Translations under genes and position numbers: made by a program
Notes under the pieces: model-generated
Databases searched by the model: none
What the model saw: only the letters and a program-made list of their open reading frames with translations
What the model was told of the DNA's origin: nothing
Shown here: piece after piece, positions 53,263-63,411 of the stretch
Layout: each line of letters starts with the position of its first letter
How positions within the stretch are numbered: the stretch's first letter is position 1
NCBI GenBank assembly: GCA_012032475.1
Contig: JAAUSY010000002.1
Coordinates: 2,106-66,105, forward strand
From: Chloroflexaceae bacterium
GTDB lineage: Bacteria > Chloroflexota > Chloroflexia > Chloroflexales > Chloroflexaceae
Length of the DNA: 64,000 bases
Direction of reading: 5' to 3'

Positions 53263-55896
53263 TTGATTAGCCGCCTTATTCGTCTCACTCATCTCCTCCT
53301 ATACGCCGGTCTGGTGACCGGCGTTCTTTTATATCTCGTCGTTTTTGCGGCCCATGCGTGGCTGTTCCTTTCTCACCCCTCCCCCCTGGACTACGGCGAA
53401 GGCCCGCTGCTAGCTCAGGTGCGCTTGCTGCGGTCTGGCACACCGGTCTGGCAGCTCTATGGCAACCCGAACGCCCCCCCGTATATGGTAGTCAATTACC
53501 CCCCACTCTACCTCCTCACCGCAGCCGTTCTGAGTTGGTTCACCGGCAGTGTGCTCCTGGCCGGGCGTGTGGTCTCGCTGCTGGCAGTGGGGGGAAGTGT
53601 CGTAGCCCTGGTCGTGCTGTCCAGTCCCGAAACCTCTGAGGGAAGCCGACGGTTCCACCTCTTCTCGTTCCTCCATCGCTGGATCATGGTCCTGCTCCTG
53701 TTGTCCATCCCCATCGTGCGAGAATGGTCGGTCGTGATGCGGGTAGATATGTTGGGGGTGGGCCTGGGGTTGTGGGGATTGGTGGCGCTGCGCCATCAGC
53801 GTCCGGTGCTGGCGGGGGTTTTGCTGCTGCTCTCGCTCTATACCAAGCCCTCGCTGCTGGCGGCCCCGCTGGCCGGGGTCGGGTGGCTCATCCTGGAAGC
53901 GGTCCGGGCAACCCGCTCCAGTCCCTCCAATCCCACTGGCCTGCGCGCCTGGCGTGCGGGATTGCGGTTCGTGGCGGTGCTGGTCTCCGGGGGGGGGATG
54001 GTGTTCGTGCTCTTGCAGTGGGCCAGCGGCGGCTGGTTTGCGCTGCACAGTATTACCGCCAACGCCAACCATTGGGATGGGAGCCTGGCGTGGCAGTTCT
54101 GGGCTGAGCAAGCCCGCCTGCGCGGGACGTTGGGGGTCGCCGGGGTCGGCATCGTAGCGTGGCACCTGGCAGCCGGACACCGCCGTATCGTCCTGCCTGC
54201 CCTCTACACCCTTGCGGGGGGAGTTCTGGCTATCGGGGTGGGCAAGGTGGGGGCGTATACCAACTATTTCCTGGAGTGCTACGCCGGGTTGGTGTGGCTG
54301 GTGGCAGAAGGGATACGCCCCCCGTGGGTGAGGCAACTGCCGCAGCCGCCGGGGAGCCAACCAGACGCCGAAGGTTTCTTCGGGCCTTCTCGCTGGCTCA
54401 CGGAAGGGGGCCGCTCCCCCCTCCAGAACAGCGTGCTGCTGCTCCTGGTGCTGGCAAGCCTGCTCTTTCATTTGCCCATGTGGAGCGCGACCACCCTGCA
54501 CCGCGCCGGACTGGTCGAACCCAACCCGCCTCGCCTGGCGTTCGGGGAACACGCCCTGTGGAACGACCTGAAGCGCGAACAGGCAGTGCTAGCCGCACTG
54601 CGCCGCGTCCACGCCACGTTGGTCCGCGAGGTCCGGGCCGCTGGCGCTCCCGTCTTCACCGATGTGCCGGGGATTGCCGCAGAGGCAGGGGTGCTGGCGC
54701 GGGTGCAAATCTTCGAGCACCGCCAGTTGCTCGACCAGGGATACTGGGACCAGCGCCCGGTGCTGCTCGAACTGGCAAACGGCACCATACCGCTGGCGGT
54801 GATTGACTACCTGGGCAACTGGCTCACGCCGCAGATGGTCGCGATAGTGCGGCACCGCTACGCGCAAGACGGCGCACTCGGCACGTTCGACCTCTACCGC
54901 CCGGTGGAGCCGGGAACGCGGGTGCCAGTGCGCATCCCCTTTGGTAACCAGCTTCGCCTGAATGGATACCATCTGCGCTACCTGGGAGATGCTGATGAAG
55001 CCAGTCCGGAACCAGTGGTCGTCGCAGGTGGTATACTGGTGGTTACTCTGGTGTGGCAAAGAACAACACCGGAAGGAGACGGAGACGTGGCCTCGCTGAG
55101 GGAAGACCTGGTGGTGATGCTTCGCCTGACCGATGCTACCGGGCACGTGGTGGCCGAAACTGAAGGTCCGCTGGGGTATGGGAGCCTGCTGCCCGACGAC
55201 TGGCCGGCCAGCACGCCCGTCCAGCACATGCAGCCATTGAAGCTCCCGGCCACGCTGGAGAGCGGCTCGTATGGTCTGGTAGTAGTGTTGCGAACTGCGG
55301 GGAATGGACGGACCCTGGGGGAGCCACAAGAGTTGACCCGCCTGAGCGTGAGTGGCAGCGCGGCGGGAGACACGACCGAAGCGCCCGGCTTTGTCGTGCC
55401 CGCGCCCTTTGCCGAGGCGCGGGAAGCCTGGGGGGGGAAAGCTCAGGCCGGAGTCCCGCTCATGCCCGTGGTGCCGTTTGCGTGGGGCCGGCTGCAATGC
55501 TTTGAGCACCTGTGTCTGGAGGAGCGAGCCGGCAGGGTGCGCCCGCGCCCGATTGGAGCATGGCTCTACCAGGCTGAGACCCGTCAGAGCAATGTTTGTT
55601 CCTGGTCTCCCGGTGCCCCTCCGGACCTTGCCATCTGCCCCGAACTGCTGGATGTCTGGCAGCGGTATGGCGGGGAAGAGCGCCTGGGAACTGCCGTCAG
55701 CGGAGCCTTCGAGCGGAACGGGTGGATGGTCCAATGGACCCGCAACGCCCGGCTGGAGCGCTCACCCGACGGAACGTCGTATGTGGGGTTAGGGCGGCTT
55801 GGAGAAGAGTTGCTGGCGCTGCCGCCGGGTGAGCGCTACGGGTGGCCGGGGGAGGACTATCAGGAGCCAGCCATACCAGTGGTGAGTAACGAGTGA
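53263..55896 (+). CDS. GT-C-fold membrane glycosyltransferase-like protein (ArnT/PMT-like) with a large C-terminal extracytoplasmic domain
   Basis: 877 aa with a TTG start. There are about 10 N-terminal TM helices, with PLDYGEGPLL in the first loop. A soluble domain of about 450 aa follows. Confidence 0.65.
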   Translation: MISRLIRLTHLLLYAGLVTGVLLYLVVFAAHAWLFLSHPSPLDYGEGPLLAQVRLLRSGTPVWQLYGNPNAPPYMVVNYPPLYLLTAAVLSWFTGSVLLAGRVVSLLAVGGSVVALVVLSSPETSEGSRRFHLFSFLHRWIMVLLLLSIPIVREWSVVMRVDMLGVGLGLWGLVALRHQRPVLAGVLLLLSLYTKPSLLAAPLAGVGWLILEAVRATRSSPSNPTGLRAWRAGLRFVAVLVSGGGMVFVLLQWASGGWFALHSITANANHWDGSLAWQFWAEQARLRGTLGVAGVGIVAWHLAAGHRRIVLPALYTLAGGVLAIGVGKVGAYTNYFLECYAGLVWLVAEGIRPPWVRQLPQPPGSQPDAEGFFGPSRWLTEGGRSPLQNSVLLLLVLASLLFHLPMWSATTLHRAGLVEPNPPRLAFGEHALWNDLKREQAVLAALRRVHATLVREVRAAGAPVFTDVPGIAAEAGVLARVQIFEHRQLLDQGYWDQRPVLLELANGTIPLAVIDYLGNWLTPQMVAIVRHRYAQDGALGTFDLYRPVEPGTRVPVRIPFGNQLRLNGYHLRYLGDADEASPEPVVVAGGILVVTLVWQRTTPEGDGDVASLREDLVVMLRLTDATGHVVAETEGPLGYGSLLPDDWPASTPVQHMQPLKLPATLESGSYGLVVVLRTAGNGRTLGEPQELTRLSVSGSAAGDTTEAPGFVVPAPFAEAREAWGGKAQAGVPLMPVVPFAWGRLQCFEHLCLEERAGRVRPRPIGAWLYQAETRQSNVCSWSPGAPPDLAICPELLDVWQRYGGEERLGTAVSGAFERNGWMVQWTRNARLERSPDGTSYVGLGRLGEELLALPPGERYGWPGEDYQEPAIPVVSNE

Positions 55897-55968
55897 TGAG
55901 TGACGAGATGAGTGACGAGCGGTGCGTGTGACTATCGTCTATCGTCTGAATTCTGAGGGAGCAGTGTA

Positions 55969-57210
55969 ATGACCGGGGAACAGGAGTGGATAGAAACACT
56001 GGAAAGAGAGATTGCCATGCTGCGACGGCGTGTGGCGGAGCTGGAAACCAGCGAGGAGCGCTATCGCGGGCTGGTCGAAACGCAGCACGATCTGGTGGTG
56101 CGGGTTGACCCCGAAGGCCGGTTCACCTTTGTGAACGAAGCCTACTGCACGATGTTCGGCAAAACGCGGGAGGAGTTGCTTAGCGCGACGTTTATGCCGT
56201 CCATCCATGAGGAAGATTTGCCAGCAACCCTGAAGGCCATGGAGGCGCTTGAAACGCCGCCCTACCGGGTTTCCATCGAGCAACGAGCCTTGACCGCCGA
56301 TGGGTGGCGCTGGCTGGCCTGGGATGACTACGCCATCAAGGACGAGAACGGCACGACCGTCGAAATCCAGGGAGTGGGGCGGGATATCACCAGCCGCAAG
56401 CAAGCCGAAGAAACCCTGCGCGAGAATGAAGAGCGCTACCGCAATATGGTTGAAAACGCCACCATCGGGATTTTTCGGACTTCGCTTGAGGGGAAAATCC
56501 TGGAAGCCAACCCGACCACGGTCCGGATGCTGGGCTATGATTCGCCGCAAGAACTGATAACCAAGGTCGCCAGTGTAGCGACCGATATCTATACCAGCTC
56601 AACCCAGCGGGAAGCCCTCATGACCCAGATGCGGGAGCGCGAGGGCAAAGCCCAGATGGAGGTTCACCTCCGGCGACGAGATGGCGATGTCATCGCCGCC
56701 AACCTGCATATCTGGGCGGTGCGAGATAGGCAGGGCAATATCAAGTGGCTGGAAGGGTTTATGGAGGATGTCACCGAGCAGAAGCGCCAGAAAGAAGCCC
56801 AGGCATTCTTCCAGCAACAGATTATCGAGGCTCAGCAAGCCGCGCTCCGTGAGCTTTCGACCCCCCTGCTGCCGCTGGCCGACCACGTGATTGCCCTGCC
56901 GCTCATCGGAACGATGGACGAGGAGCGCACGCAGCAGGTGATGGAAGCCTTGCTGGAGGGTATCGCCTATTTTCAGGCCGATATTGCTATTCTTGATATT
57001 ACCGGCATCCGGGTGGTTGATACGCAGGTGGCACAGGCGCTCGTTCGGACCGCACAGGCCGTCAAACTGCTTGGGGCGCAGGTGGTGCTGACCGGCATTC
57101 AGCCGCAGATAGCCCAGACGCTGGTGCATCTGGGGGCCGACCTGGAGGGGATTATTACGCGGAGCACCTTGCAGAGCGGCATTGCCTTTGCGCTGCACCG
57201 ACAGGCATAA
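55969..57210 (+). CDS. PAS-PAS-STAS sensor protein (RsbR-like)
   Basis: Two PAS modules are present, each ending with the DIT..K connector typical of PAS domains (GRDITSRKQAEE, and EDVTEQK in the second). The C-terminal STAS domain reads LSTPLLPLADHVIALPLIGTMDEERTQQVMEALL...ILDITGIRVVDTQVAQALV. Confidence 0.8.
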   Translation: MTGEQEWIETLEREIAMLRRRVAELETSEERYRGLVETQHDLVVRVDPEGRFTFVNEAYCTMFGKTREELLSATFMPSIHEEDLPATLKAMEALETPPYRVSIEQRALTADGWRWLAWDDYAIKDENGTTVEIQGVGRDITSRKQAEETLRENEERYRNMVENATIGIFRTSLEGKILEANPTTVRMLGYDSPQELITKVASVATDIYTSSTQREALMTQMREREGKAQMEVHLRRRDGDVIAANLHIWAVRDRQGNIKWLEGFMEDVTEQKRQKEAQAFFQQQIIEAQQAALRELSTPLLPLADHVIALPLIGTMDEERTQQVMEALLEGIAYFQADIAILDITGIRVVDTQVAQALVRTAQAVKLLGAQVVLTGIQPQIAQTLVHLGADLEGIITRSTLQSGIAFALHRQA

Positions 57211-57252
57211 CCCCGGTGATGAGGGTCCGGGGGATGTGGATGGCGGTTGGCA

Positions 57253-57999
57253 TCATACCATCGTCCAACCTCCATCCACGGCCATCACCTGCCCGGTCAC
57301 ATAGGACGCCAGCGACGACGCCAGAAACACCGCCACCGCTGCGACCTCCTCTGGCTGCCCCGAACGGCGCATGGCGATGATGCCCTCGCCCCACTCCCGC
57401 ACCTCCGGCGGGATGGATGCCAGCCTATCGGTTTCGACAAACCCCGGCGCAACCGCATTGACCGTAATCTTCCAGGGGGCGGCCTCTCGCGCCAGGGCCC
57501 GCGTCAGGCCGAAGACCCCCCCCGTCGCTGCGGCATAATCGGCCTGCCCCGGAAACCCGCTGATCCCATAGAGCGCAGCCACGTTGACAATCCGCCCATA
57601 GCGCGCCCGCATCATCGGGCGCAGGACCGCCCGGCACGTATGAAAAACGCCCGTCAAATTCGTTGCCAGCACCTCGCGCCAGCGAGCCATCCCAATCGCC
57701 TCCACCGGGGCATACCAGGCTTCTCCCGCACAATTCACCAGGATATCCACCCGCTTCCAACGGCTAAGCGCCTGCTCGACCACCCGCGCCACCGCCGCTG
57801 TGTCTCGCACATCTGCTTGCTGCGCTACCACCTCGCCCCCCGACCCCTCACAGGTGCGGAGCGCCTCCTGGGCCGCCGCGTGGTGCTCGCGGTAGCAAAA
57901 GAGAACGCGTGCCCCCCGCCGGGCGAGCATCTGGACCACTGCCCGCCCGATCCCCCGCGACCCTCCGGTCACAATCGCAGCCTGGCCGGTGAAATCCAT
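57253..57999 (-). CDS. FabG-like short-chain dehydrogenase paralog lacking the catalytic Ser and Lys
   Basis: It has TGGSRGIG. It reads NVAALYG where FabG has the catalytic Ser (GSxxG), and YAAATGG where FabG has YAAAK. Confidence 0.8.
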   Translation of the reverse strand: MDFTGQAAIVTGGSRGIGRAVVQMLARRGARVLFCYREHHAAAQEALRTCEGSGGEVVAQQADVRDTAAVARVVEQALSRWKRVDILVNCAGEAWYAPVEAIGMARWREVLATNLTGVFHTCRAVLRPMMRARYGRIVNVAALYGISGFPGQADYAAATGGVFGLTRALAREAAPWKITVNAVAPGFVETDRLASIPPEVREWGEGIIAMRRSGQPEEVAAVAVFLASSLASYVTGQVMAVDGGWTMV

Positions 58000-58109
58000 A
58001 AAAGAAGGCGCGGATAGTTCCGCACCCTTCCCCCTTTCCTGGCTTGTGGATGAAGCACGAACGCGGTTCTGGCTCTGGCTCTGGATACCACCACCCTATC
58101 GAGACGACC

Positions 58110-58859
58110 CTACGGCATCACCCATCCACCGTCCACCGTCAATACCTGGCCGGTGACATAGGAGACCCTGGGAGCGGCCAGAAACGCGATAACCGCTGCC
58201 ACCTCTTCCGGGCGACCAAACCGCCCCATCGAGATGGCGCTCAGCGCCCACTTTCGCAGCGAAGACGGAACATTCTCTATCAACTCCGTCTCGACATACC
58301 CCGGTGCCACCACATTCACCGTTATGCCCTCACGCGCAACCTCGCGGGCCAGCGACCGCGAAAACCCCACCAACCCGGCCTTGGCCGCCGCATAGTTCAC
58401 CTGCCCCACATTGCCGGCCAGCCCGGCCAGCGAACCAACCACCACGATTCGCCCATACTGCTGCTTGCGCATCACGGGTAGCACGGCCTGGCAGCACCGG
58501 AACACCGCGGTCAGGTCGGTTTCCAGCACTCGCGCCCACTGCTCATCCGTCAGCCGCACCAACGGGGCATCCGCGGTCACTCCAGCATTGTTGACGAGAA
58601 TATCAAGGCGACCCCACTGTTCCAGGGTCGCCTCAATCATTGACCGAACCTCCGCTTCCTCGCGGACATCAGCACCGCAGAGGAGGGCTTCCCCTCCTGC
58701 CTGCTCAATCAGGTCCACCACCTCTTGGGCCGCAGCCGCCTGGTGATGGTAGTTGACCACCACTCGCGCCCCAAGGTCGGCCAGTTCGATGGCCGCGGCC
58801 CGCCCAATCCCACGGGAAGCTCCCGTGACCAGAGCCACCTGGCCGTGCAGCGCAATCAA
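58110..58859 (-). CDS. fabG: 3-oxoacyl-[acyl-carrier-protein] reductase
   Basis: TGASRGIGRAAA, VVVGSLAGLAGNVGQVNYAAAKAGLVGFSRSLAREV and NVVAPGYVET are present, so the Ser-Tyr-Lys triad is intact. The start has a 4-nt overlap with fabD. Confidence 0.9.
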   Translation of the reverse strand: MIALHGQVALVTGASRGIGRAAAIELADLGARVVVNYHHQAAAAQEVVDLIEQAGGEALLCGADVREEAEVRSMIEATLEQWGRLDILVNNAGVTADAPLVRLTDEQWARVLETDLTAVFRCCQAVLPVMRKQQYGRIVVVGSLAGLAGNVGQVNYAAAKAGLVGFSRSLAREVAREGITVNVVAPGYVETELIENVPSSLRKWALSAISMGRFGRPEEVAAVIAFLAAPRVSYVTGQVLTVDGGWVMP

Positions 58860-59800
58860 CAGATTCCTGCTGCCACGAACGCATGCACGTCATCAATATT
58901 GCGCAGGTTCACCACCTGCACCCCGGAGGAAATGCGCTTGATGAGGCCCGTCAGCACACTGCCTGGCCCGATCTCCACAAAGGTCGAAATCCCCTGCGAA
59001 ACCATCCGCTGTACCGAGGCAATCCACTGCACCGGAGAAACCACCTGTGACACCAGTTCTCGCCGGACGTCCTCCGCGTGCAGCAGGGGAGCCGCCGTCA
59101 CATTGGCAATGAGCGGCACGCACATATCCGCAATGGTTGCCGCCGCCAGCACTTTTGCCATCCCTTCCGAGGCTCTGGTCATCAGTGGTGAATGGAACGC
59201 CCCGCGAACCTTGAGCGGCATGGCCCGCTTGGCTCCCCGTTCCTTTGCCAGCTTGCAGGCGTGGCCCACGGCCTCAATGGCCCCGCTGATCACCAGTTGG
59301 CCGGGCGCATTATAGTTGGCAATCACCACCGGTTCGCCACGCTGCTCCAGCACCTCGTGACAGACCTGCTCAAGAATCTGCTCATTCAGGCCGATGACGG
59401 CCGCCATCGTCCCTTCGCTCGCCTCGGCCATCAACTCACCCCGACGCCGCACCAACCGCAGCGCCGTTGCCAGGTCGAGCGCTTTGGCCGCAACCAGCGC
59501 CGAATATTCCCCCAGACTGTGCCCTGCCACCACCTGCGGAACAATCTTGTGTCCCTCTGGCAGCAGCGAGTTCAGCCCCCGCAAAATTGCCACACTGACC
59601 GCCAGCAACGCTGGCTGCGTATTCTCGGTGGCGGTCAGATCATCCTCTGGCCCTTCAAAGCACAGACGGGCAATGTTCACATCCAGGACCGCGTCTGCCT
59701 CATCAAATACCTCGCGGGCCGCCGGAATCTGGGCATACAAATCCCGCCCCATCCCGACAACCTGCGACCCCTGACCCGGAAAGACCCATGCGATGGTCAT
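58856..59800 (-). CDS. fabD: malonyl CoA-acyl carrier protein transacylase
   Basis: I use ATG 59800 ([18 protein letters not shown]). The active site is [11 protein letters not shown]. Confidence 0.9.
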   Translation of the reverse strand: MTIAWVFPGQGSQVVGMGRDLYAQIPAAREVFDEADAVLDVNIARLCFEGPEDDLTATENTQPALLAVSVAILRGLNSLLPEGHKIVPQVVAGHSLGEYSALVAAKALDLATALRLVRRRGELMAEASEGTMAAVIGLNEQILEQVCHEVLEQRGEPVVIANYNAPGQLVISGAIEAVGHACKLAKERGAKRAMPLKVRGAFHSPLMTRASEGMAKVLAAATIADMCVPLIANVTAAPLLHAEDVRRELVSQVVSPVQWIASVQRMVSQGISTFVEIGPGSVLTGLIKRISSGVQVVNLRNIDDVHAFVAAGIC

Positions 59801-60794
59801 ATCTCCATTCTCCCCCAACGTATGACAGTTGAAGCCCAGGACAACCCTCCTCCAAATGCCGTGAGCAATACATAATCCCCATCGTGCAAGCGCCCTGCTC
59901 AACTGCCTCGCAGAGCGCAATGGGCACCGAAGCTGCCGATGTGTTCCCATAGCGATCAATATTCACAACGACCCGTTCTATCGGGATATTCAGACGCTTG
60001 GCAAGGGCCTGGATAATGCGAAGATTGGCCTGGTGGGGTATCACCAGGCGCACGTCATCCATTGTGATACCGGCCTTTGCCACCGCTTGCACCGACGAAT
60101 CGGCCATCTCCCGCACCGCGTGGCGAAACACCTCACTCCCCTGCATCACAAAGCAGTGGCGGTGCTGCTCCAGAAGTTCCGGCGTCAGCGGCACCCGCGT
60201 GCCTCCCGCCTCAATCATCATCAAATCTTCCTCTTCTCCCCGCGCCCCCAGAACCGACGAGAGCAACCCCACGGGACGGTCGCTGGCCTGCAACACGACC
60301 GCCCCGGCCCCATCGCCAAACAGGATACACGTGGTGCGGTCCTGCCAGTTCACAATATGGCTGAAGAGGTCTGCCGCAACGAGCAGCACCGTGTGATGGG
60401 CCCCGCTCTGAATCAGGCTCGTGGCAACGCTCAGGCCATAGACAAACCCGCTGCACGCGGCTACCACATCGAACGCCCCGGCCTGCGGCAACCCCAGGTT
60501 GGCCTGCACCGTGCAGGCCGTGGCCGGAAACCGCCGGTCCGGGGTGCAGGTTGCCAGAACCACCAGATCCACCGCGGCCCGATCCACCGCGGCCCGCTCA
60601 AGCGCCGCGTGCCCCGCTGCCGTCGCCAACACCGAGGTTGATTCTCCCGGTGCAACCAGCCGGCGTTCGATAATCCCCGTGCGGGTTCGAATCCATTCAT
60701 CGGAGGTATGAACCAACCGCTCCAGATCGGCATTCGAAACCACCCGCTCCGGAACAGCCATCCCCCACCCAACAATTGCCGCATAGCGTGCCAT
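59703..60794 (-). CDS. fabH: 3-oxoacyl-ACP synthase III, with a frame shift near the 3' end
   Basis: [12 protein letters not shown] carries the catalytic Cys, and [10 protein letters not shown] and [10 protein letters not shown] are present. After ...CEAVEQG the frame is lost at the C3 run 59893-59895. The alternative frame gives [27 protein letters not shown] and stops at 59797, overlapping the fabD ATG. Confidence 0.85.
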   Translation of the reverse strand: MARYAAIVGWGMAVPERVVSNADLERLVHTSDEWIRTRTGIIERRLVAPGESTSVLATAAGHAALERAAVDRAAVDLVVLATCTPDRRFPATACTVQANLGLPQAGAFDVVAACSGFVYGLSVATSLIQSGAHHTVLLVAADLFSHIVNWQDRTTCILFGDGAGAVVLQASDRPVGLLSSVLGARGEEEDLMMIEAGGTRVPLTPELLEQHRHCFVMQGSEVFRHAVREMADSSVQAVAKAGITMDDVRLVIPHQANLRIIQALAKRLNIPIERVVVNIDRYGNTSAASVPIALCEAVEQGACTMGIMYCSRHLEEGCPGLQLSYVGGEWRYDHRMGLSGSGVAGCRDGAGFVCPDSGGPRGI

Positions 60795-60864
60795 GCTTAC
60801 TCCTGGGGCTAATCCTTATTCCACCGACCTCATGGCCCGTTCGCTGGAGAAGAACCACGCCGGC

Positions 60865-61053
60865 CTATTCTTCCGTCTTTTGCCGAAGAACCTGTCGTCC
60901 TTTGTAGGTTCCACACGTCTGGCAGACCCGGTGCGCCCGCATCAGGCTCGCACAGTTTGGGCACACCACCAGCGTGGGAGCCGTCAGACGCTGATGCTGC
61001 CGACGGTTGCCCCGGCGATGGCGCGAAACTTTTCGTTTTGGTAATGCCCCCAC
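60865..61053 (-). CDS. rpmF: 50S ribosomal protein L32
   Basis: ALPKRKVSRHRRGNRRQHQRL is followed by the zinc ribbon CPNC...CQTCG. Confidence 0.9.
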   Translation of the reverse strand: MGALPKRKVSRHRRGNRRQHQRLTAPTLVVCPNCASLMRAHRVCQTCGTYKGRQVLRQKTEE

Positions 61054-61158
61054 AGAATGCTTCTCCTTGTATGGTATGGTACTGTTATGCTATCTCGTGA
61101 CGATTATGAGAGAGATGGTCTCCCTGAGCGATTCAGAACCTTCTGCGGTTCCGTCTTA

Positions 61159-61701
61159 CTATTCACCGCGCTGCGATGCCCCCCAGGTTTTCAATACCTC
61201 CAGGCGCTCATCAACCATATCGTCGGATGCACCAGCCTCAGCATCCGCCTCATCCGATGAAACCGTATAGGAAACCGGGGCATCGCGCCAGGCCTCGCAC
61301 ACCGGGCTGAGCGGCAGTTCAATCAACGTATATTCTCGGATGCACTCGCCAATATCCGCCATATGAAACGTATCCAGCAAAAAGGGGTCTTCCTCGGTTG
61401 GCCTGGGCAGCGTCTCTGCCGAAACCACATCTATCACCGAATGAAACTCATCGGATACGTCCAGGTCCACCCGCTGATCGAACTCCTCAAGTGAGCGCAC
61501 ACACACCACGCGCACCACCCCGCTCACGCGGATATGGGCAAAGACCCCGCTCGCCGTCCGGGTAAATCGCACCGAACCGGCAATATCGCGGAGCGTCAGC
61601 ACCTCATCCAACCGCAGGTGTTCTTCCGTAAAGGTGTGGTCGCGCCAGGTTCCAATCTCCTCACGCAGCAGTTGGGCCACATTAAACTTGAGGTTCGTCA
61701 T
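61159..61701 (-). CDS. YceD/DUF177 family protein
   Basis: 180 aa immediately upstream of rpmF, the conserved yceD-rpmF arrangement. FNVAQLLREEIG...IRVSGVVRVVCVRSLEEF is consistent with DUF177. Confidence 0.8.
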   Translation of the reverse strand: MTNLKFNVAQLLREEIGTWRDHTFTEEHLRLDEVLTLRDIAGSVRFTRTASGVFAHIRVSGVVRVVCVRSLEEFDQRVDLDVSDEFHSVIDVVSAETLPRPTEEDPFLLDTFHMADIGECIREYTLIELPLSPVCEAWRDAPVSYTVSSDEADAEAGASDDMVDERLEVLKTWGASQRGE

Positions 61702-61849
61702 GGAAATGGAAATGGAAAGAGCAATGGAAAAGGCCAGAAATCAGCCTCAGAACTCAACAGAAATCGCCCGGAGCGGCCACCTGCCAAGGTCAGGCCCTCC
61801 GACTCCTGCACAGTATACCACAGCCACCCCGCGGTGCAAACCTGGGACC

Positions 61850-62182
61850 TCAGTGAGACAACGAATCCAGACCATTCCGGACACTGGTCAGCAGTTTGAC
61901 TAAATGATCATCAAGCTCTTGAAGCACCTGGTGGGCATAGGCATCTGCCCCATCGCGCACCTGAACGGCCTCCTGCTCCGCCTGCTCCAGCAGCCGGGAC
62001 CGCTCATCCTCAACCGCCGCCAGCACCCCGCGCTCGTCCAGCGCCTGTTGCAACCGCGCCTGGGCCTCCGAAAGCAACCGGTCCTGTTCCTGAATAATGC
62101 GGCGGGCCCGCTTCATCTCCTCCGGCACCGCTATCCGCATCCGGTCGATCACCTCCAGCAACCGTTCCTCATCCACCAGCAA
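61850..62182 (-). CDS. small coiled-coil protein downstream of coaD (hypothetical), probably N-terminally longer
   Basis: The frame is open upstream to 62263 and encodes IIELDDLIDELEEILAEGRHVPLTRR, but has no ATG, GTG or TTG. An out-of-frame ATG GAT at 62264 suggests a 1-nt indel near 62258-62261. Confidence 0.6.
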   Translation of the reverse strand: MLVDEERLLEVIDRMRIAVPEEMKRARRIIQEQDRLLSEAQARLQQALDERGVLAAVEDERSRLLEQAEQEAVQVRDGADAYAHQVLQELDDHLVKLLTSVRNGLDSLSH

Positions 62183-62290
62183 CCGACGGGTCAGGGGAAC
62201 GTGACGCCCTTCTGCCAGAATTTCTTCCAGTTCATCAATCAGATCGTCTAGCTCAATGATCCATCACCCCCTTACCCCCTCCCCAGAAGG

Positions 62291-62776
62291 TTACAGCCGG
62301 GTCTGAAACTTGCGATAGAGCGCCTGGGCAACATGGTGCGGAACAAATCCGCTGACATCCCCTCCCAATGCAGCAATCTCGCGGACCGCACTGGAGCTAA
62401 GAAACGTAAACTTCCGATTCGCCATAAAGACCACCACATCAATATCCGGATCAATGGTCTGATTGATTTGGGCCATCTGGAACTCGTGCTGAAAATCGCT
62501 CACATCGCGCAGCCCACGCACAATCACGCTGGCCCCAATTTCCTGCGCATAGTGAACCGTCAGCGTCGCATACGTTTCAACCCGAATACGGGGAAGTCCT
62601 TGAATCGCCTGCTGCAAGAACGCCACACGCTCGGCTGTTGAGAAGAGCAGGTTCTTCATCGGGCGGTCAAACACCGCGATCACCACCTCATCAAACAACC
62701 GCGCCGCACGAACCGCCGTATCAAGGTGTCCATTTGTCGCCGGGTCAAAACTCCCAGGGTACAGGGCAACCGTCAC
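62291..62776 (-). CDS. coaD: phosphopantetheine adenylyltransferase
   Basis: MTVALYPGSFDPATNGHLD contains the T/HxGH motif, and FLSSSAVREIA is present. Confidence 0.95.
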   Translation of the reverse strand: MTVALYPGSFDPATNGHLDTAVRAARLFDEVVIAVFDRPMKNLLFSTAERVAFLQQAIQGLPRIRVETYATLTVHYAQEIGASVIVRGLRDVSDFQHEFQMAQINQTIDPDIDVVVFMANRKFTFLSSSAVREIAALGGDVSGFVPHHVAQALYRKFQTRL

Positions 62777-62803
62777 ACCGTTTTCCCTTCCTCTTTTCCT
62801 TCC

Positions 62804-63397
62804 TCAAATAACCACCTGGTTCTCCAGATCCACCGAGCCTGATCGCGTCCGCTCGTAAATCGAAAAGCACGAATCACCCAGGCGGCGAAACTTCCATCGC
62901 TCATACCCGCCATAGGTATCTGCCAGCGCCACCCGTGGGGAATGCCCCACCACCAGCACCCCCCCGACCCGACCAGGGCCAAGCTCCGCAATCGTCTCAA
63001 TCGTGTGCTCAATCTGAGTATCAGCATACGGTGGGTCCATAATGATTATATCATAGGTTCTCCCCACCCAGACCCTGCTATGAAGATAGCGCAAGACGGG
63101 CATGCAATAGACCCGTCCCCGTTCGCGCAGCTTCGTATGCGCTAGATTCTGGCGGATAAAGCGGCACACATGCGCGCTGCGCTCGACAAAGTCTGCCTCG
63201 GAAGCCCCCCGCGAAAGGCACTCAATCCCAAGCGACCCCGTCCCGGCAAACAGATCGAGCACCTGCCCCCGCAAGGGACCACACCCCTCCAGCACCGAAA
63301 AGAGCGACTCCTTCACCCGGTCGAGCATCGGGCGCGTCTCCAGACCACCCGGCGCTCGCAAGCGGTGCCCCCTCGCTGTTCCCGTAATGACCCGCAT
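62804..63397 (-). CDS. rsmD: 16S rRNA (guanine966-N2)-methyltransferase
   Basis: MRVITGTARGHRL..P....RP, VLDLFAGTGSLGIE and IIIMDPPY are RsmD motifs. Confidence 0.9.
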   Translation of the reverse strand: MRVITGTARGHRLRAPGGLETRPMLDRVKESLFSVLEGCGPLRGQVLDLFAGTGSLGIECLSRGASEADFVERSAHVCRFIRQNLAHTKLRERGRVYCMPVLRYLHSRVWVGRTYDIIIMDPPYADTQIEHTIETIAELGPGRVGGVLVVGHSPRVALADTYGGYERWKFRRLGDSCFSIYERTRSGSVDLENQVVI

Positions 63398-63411
63398 CGG
63401 AGACCCCCGTT

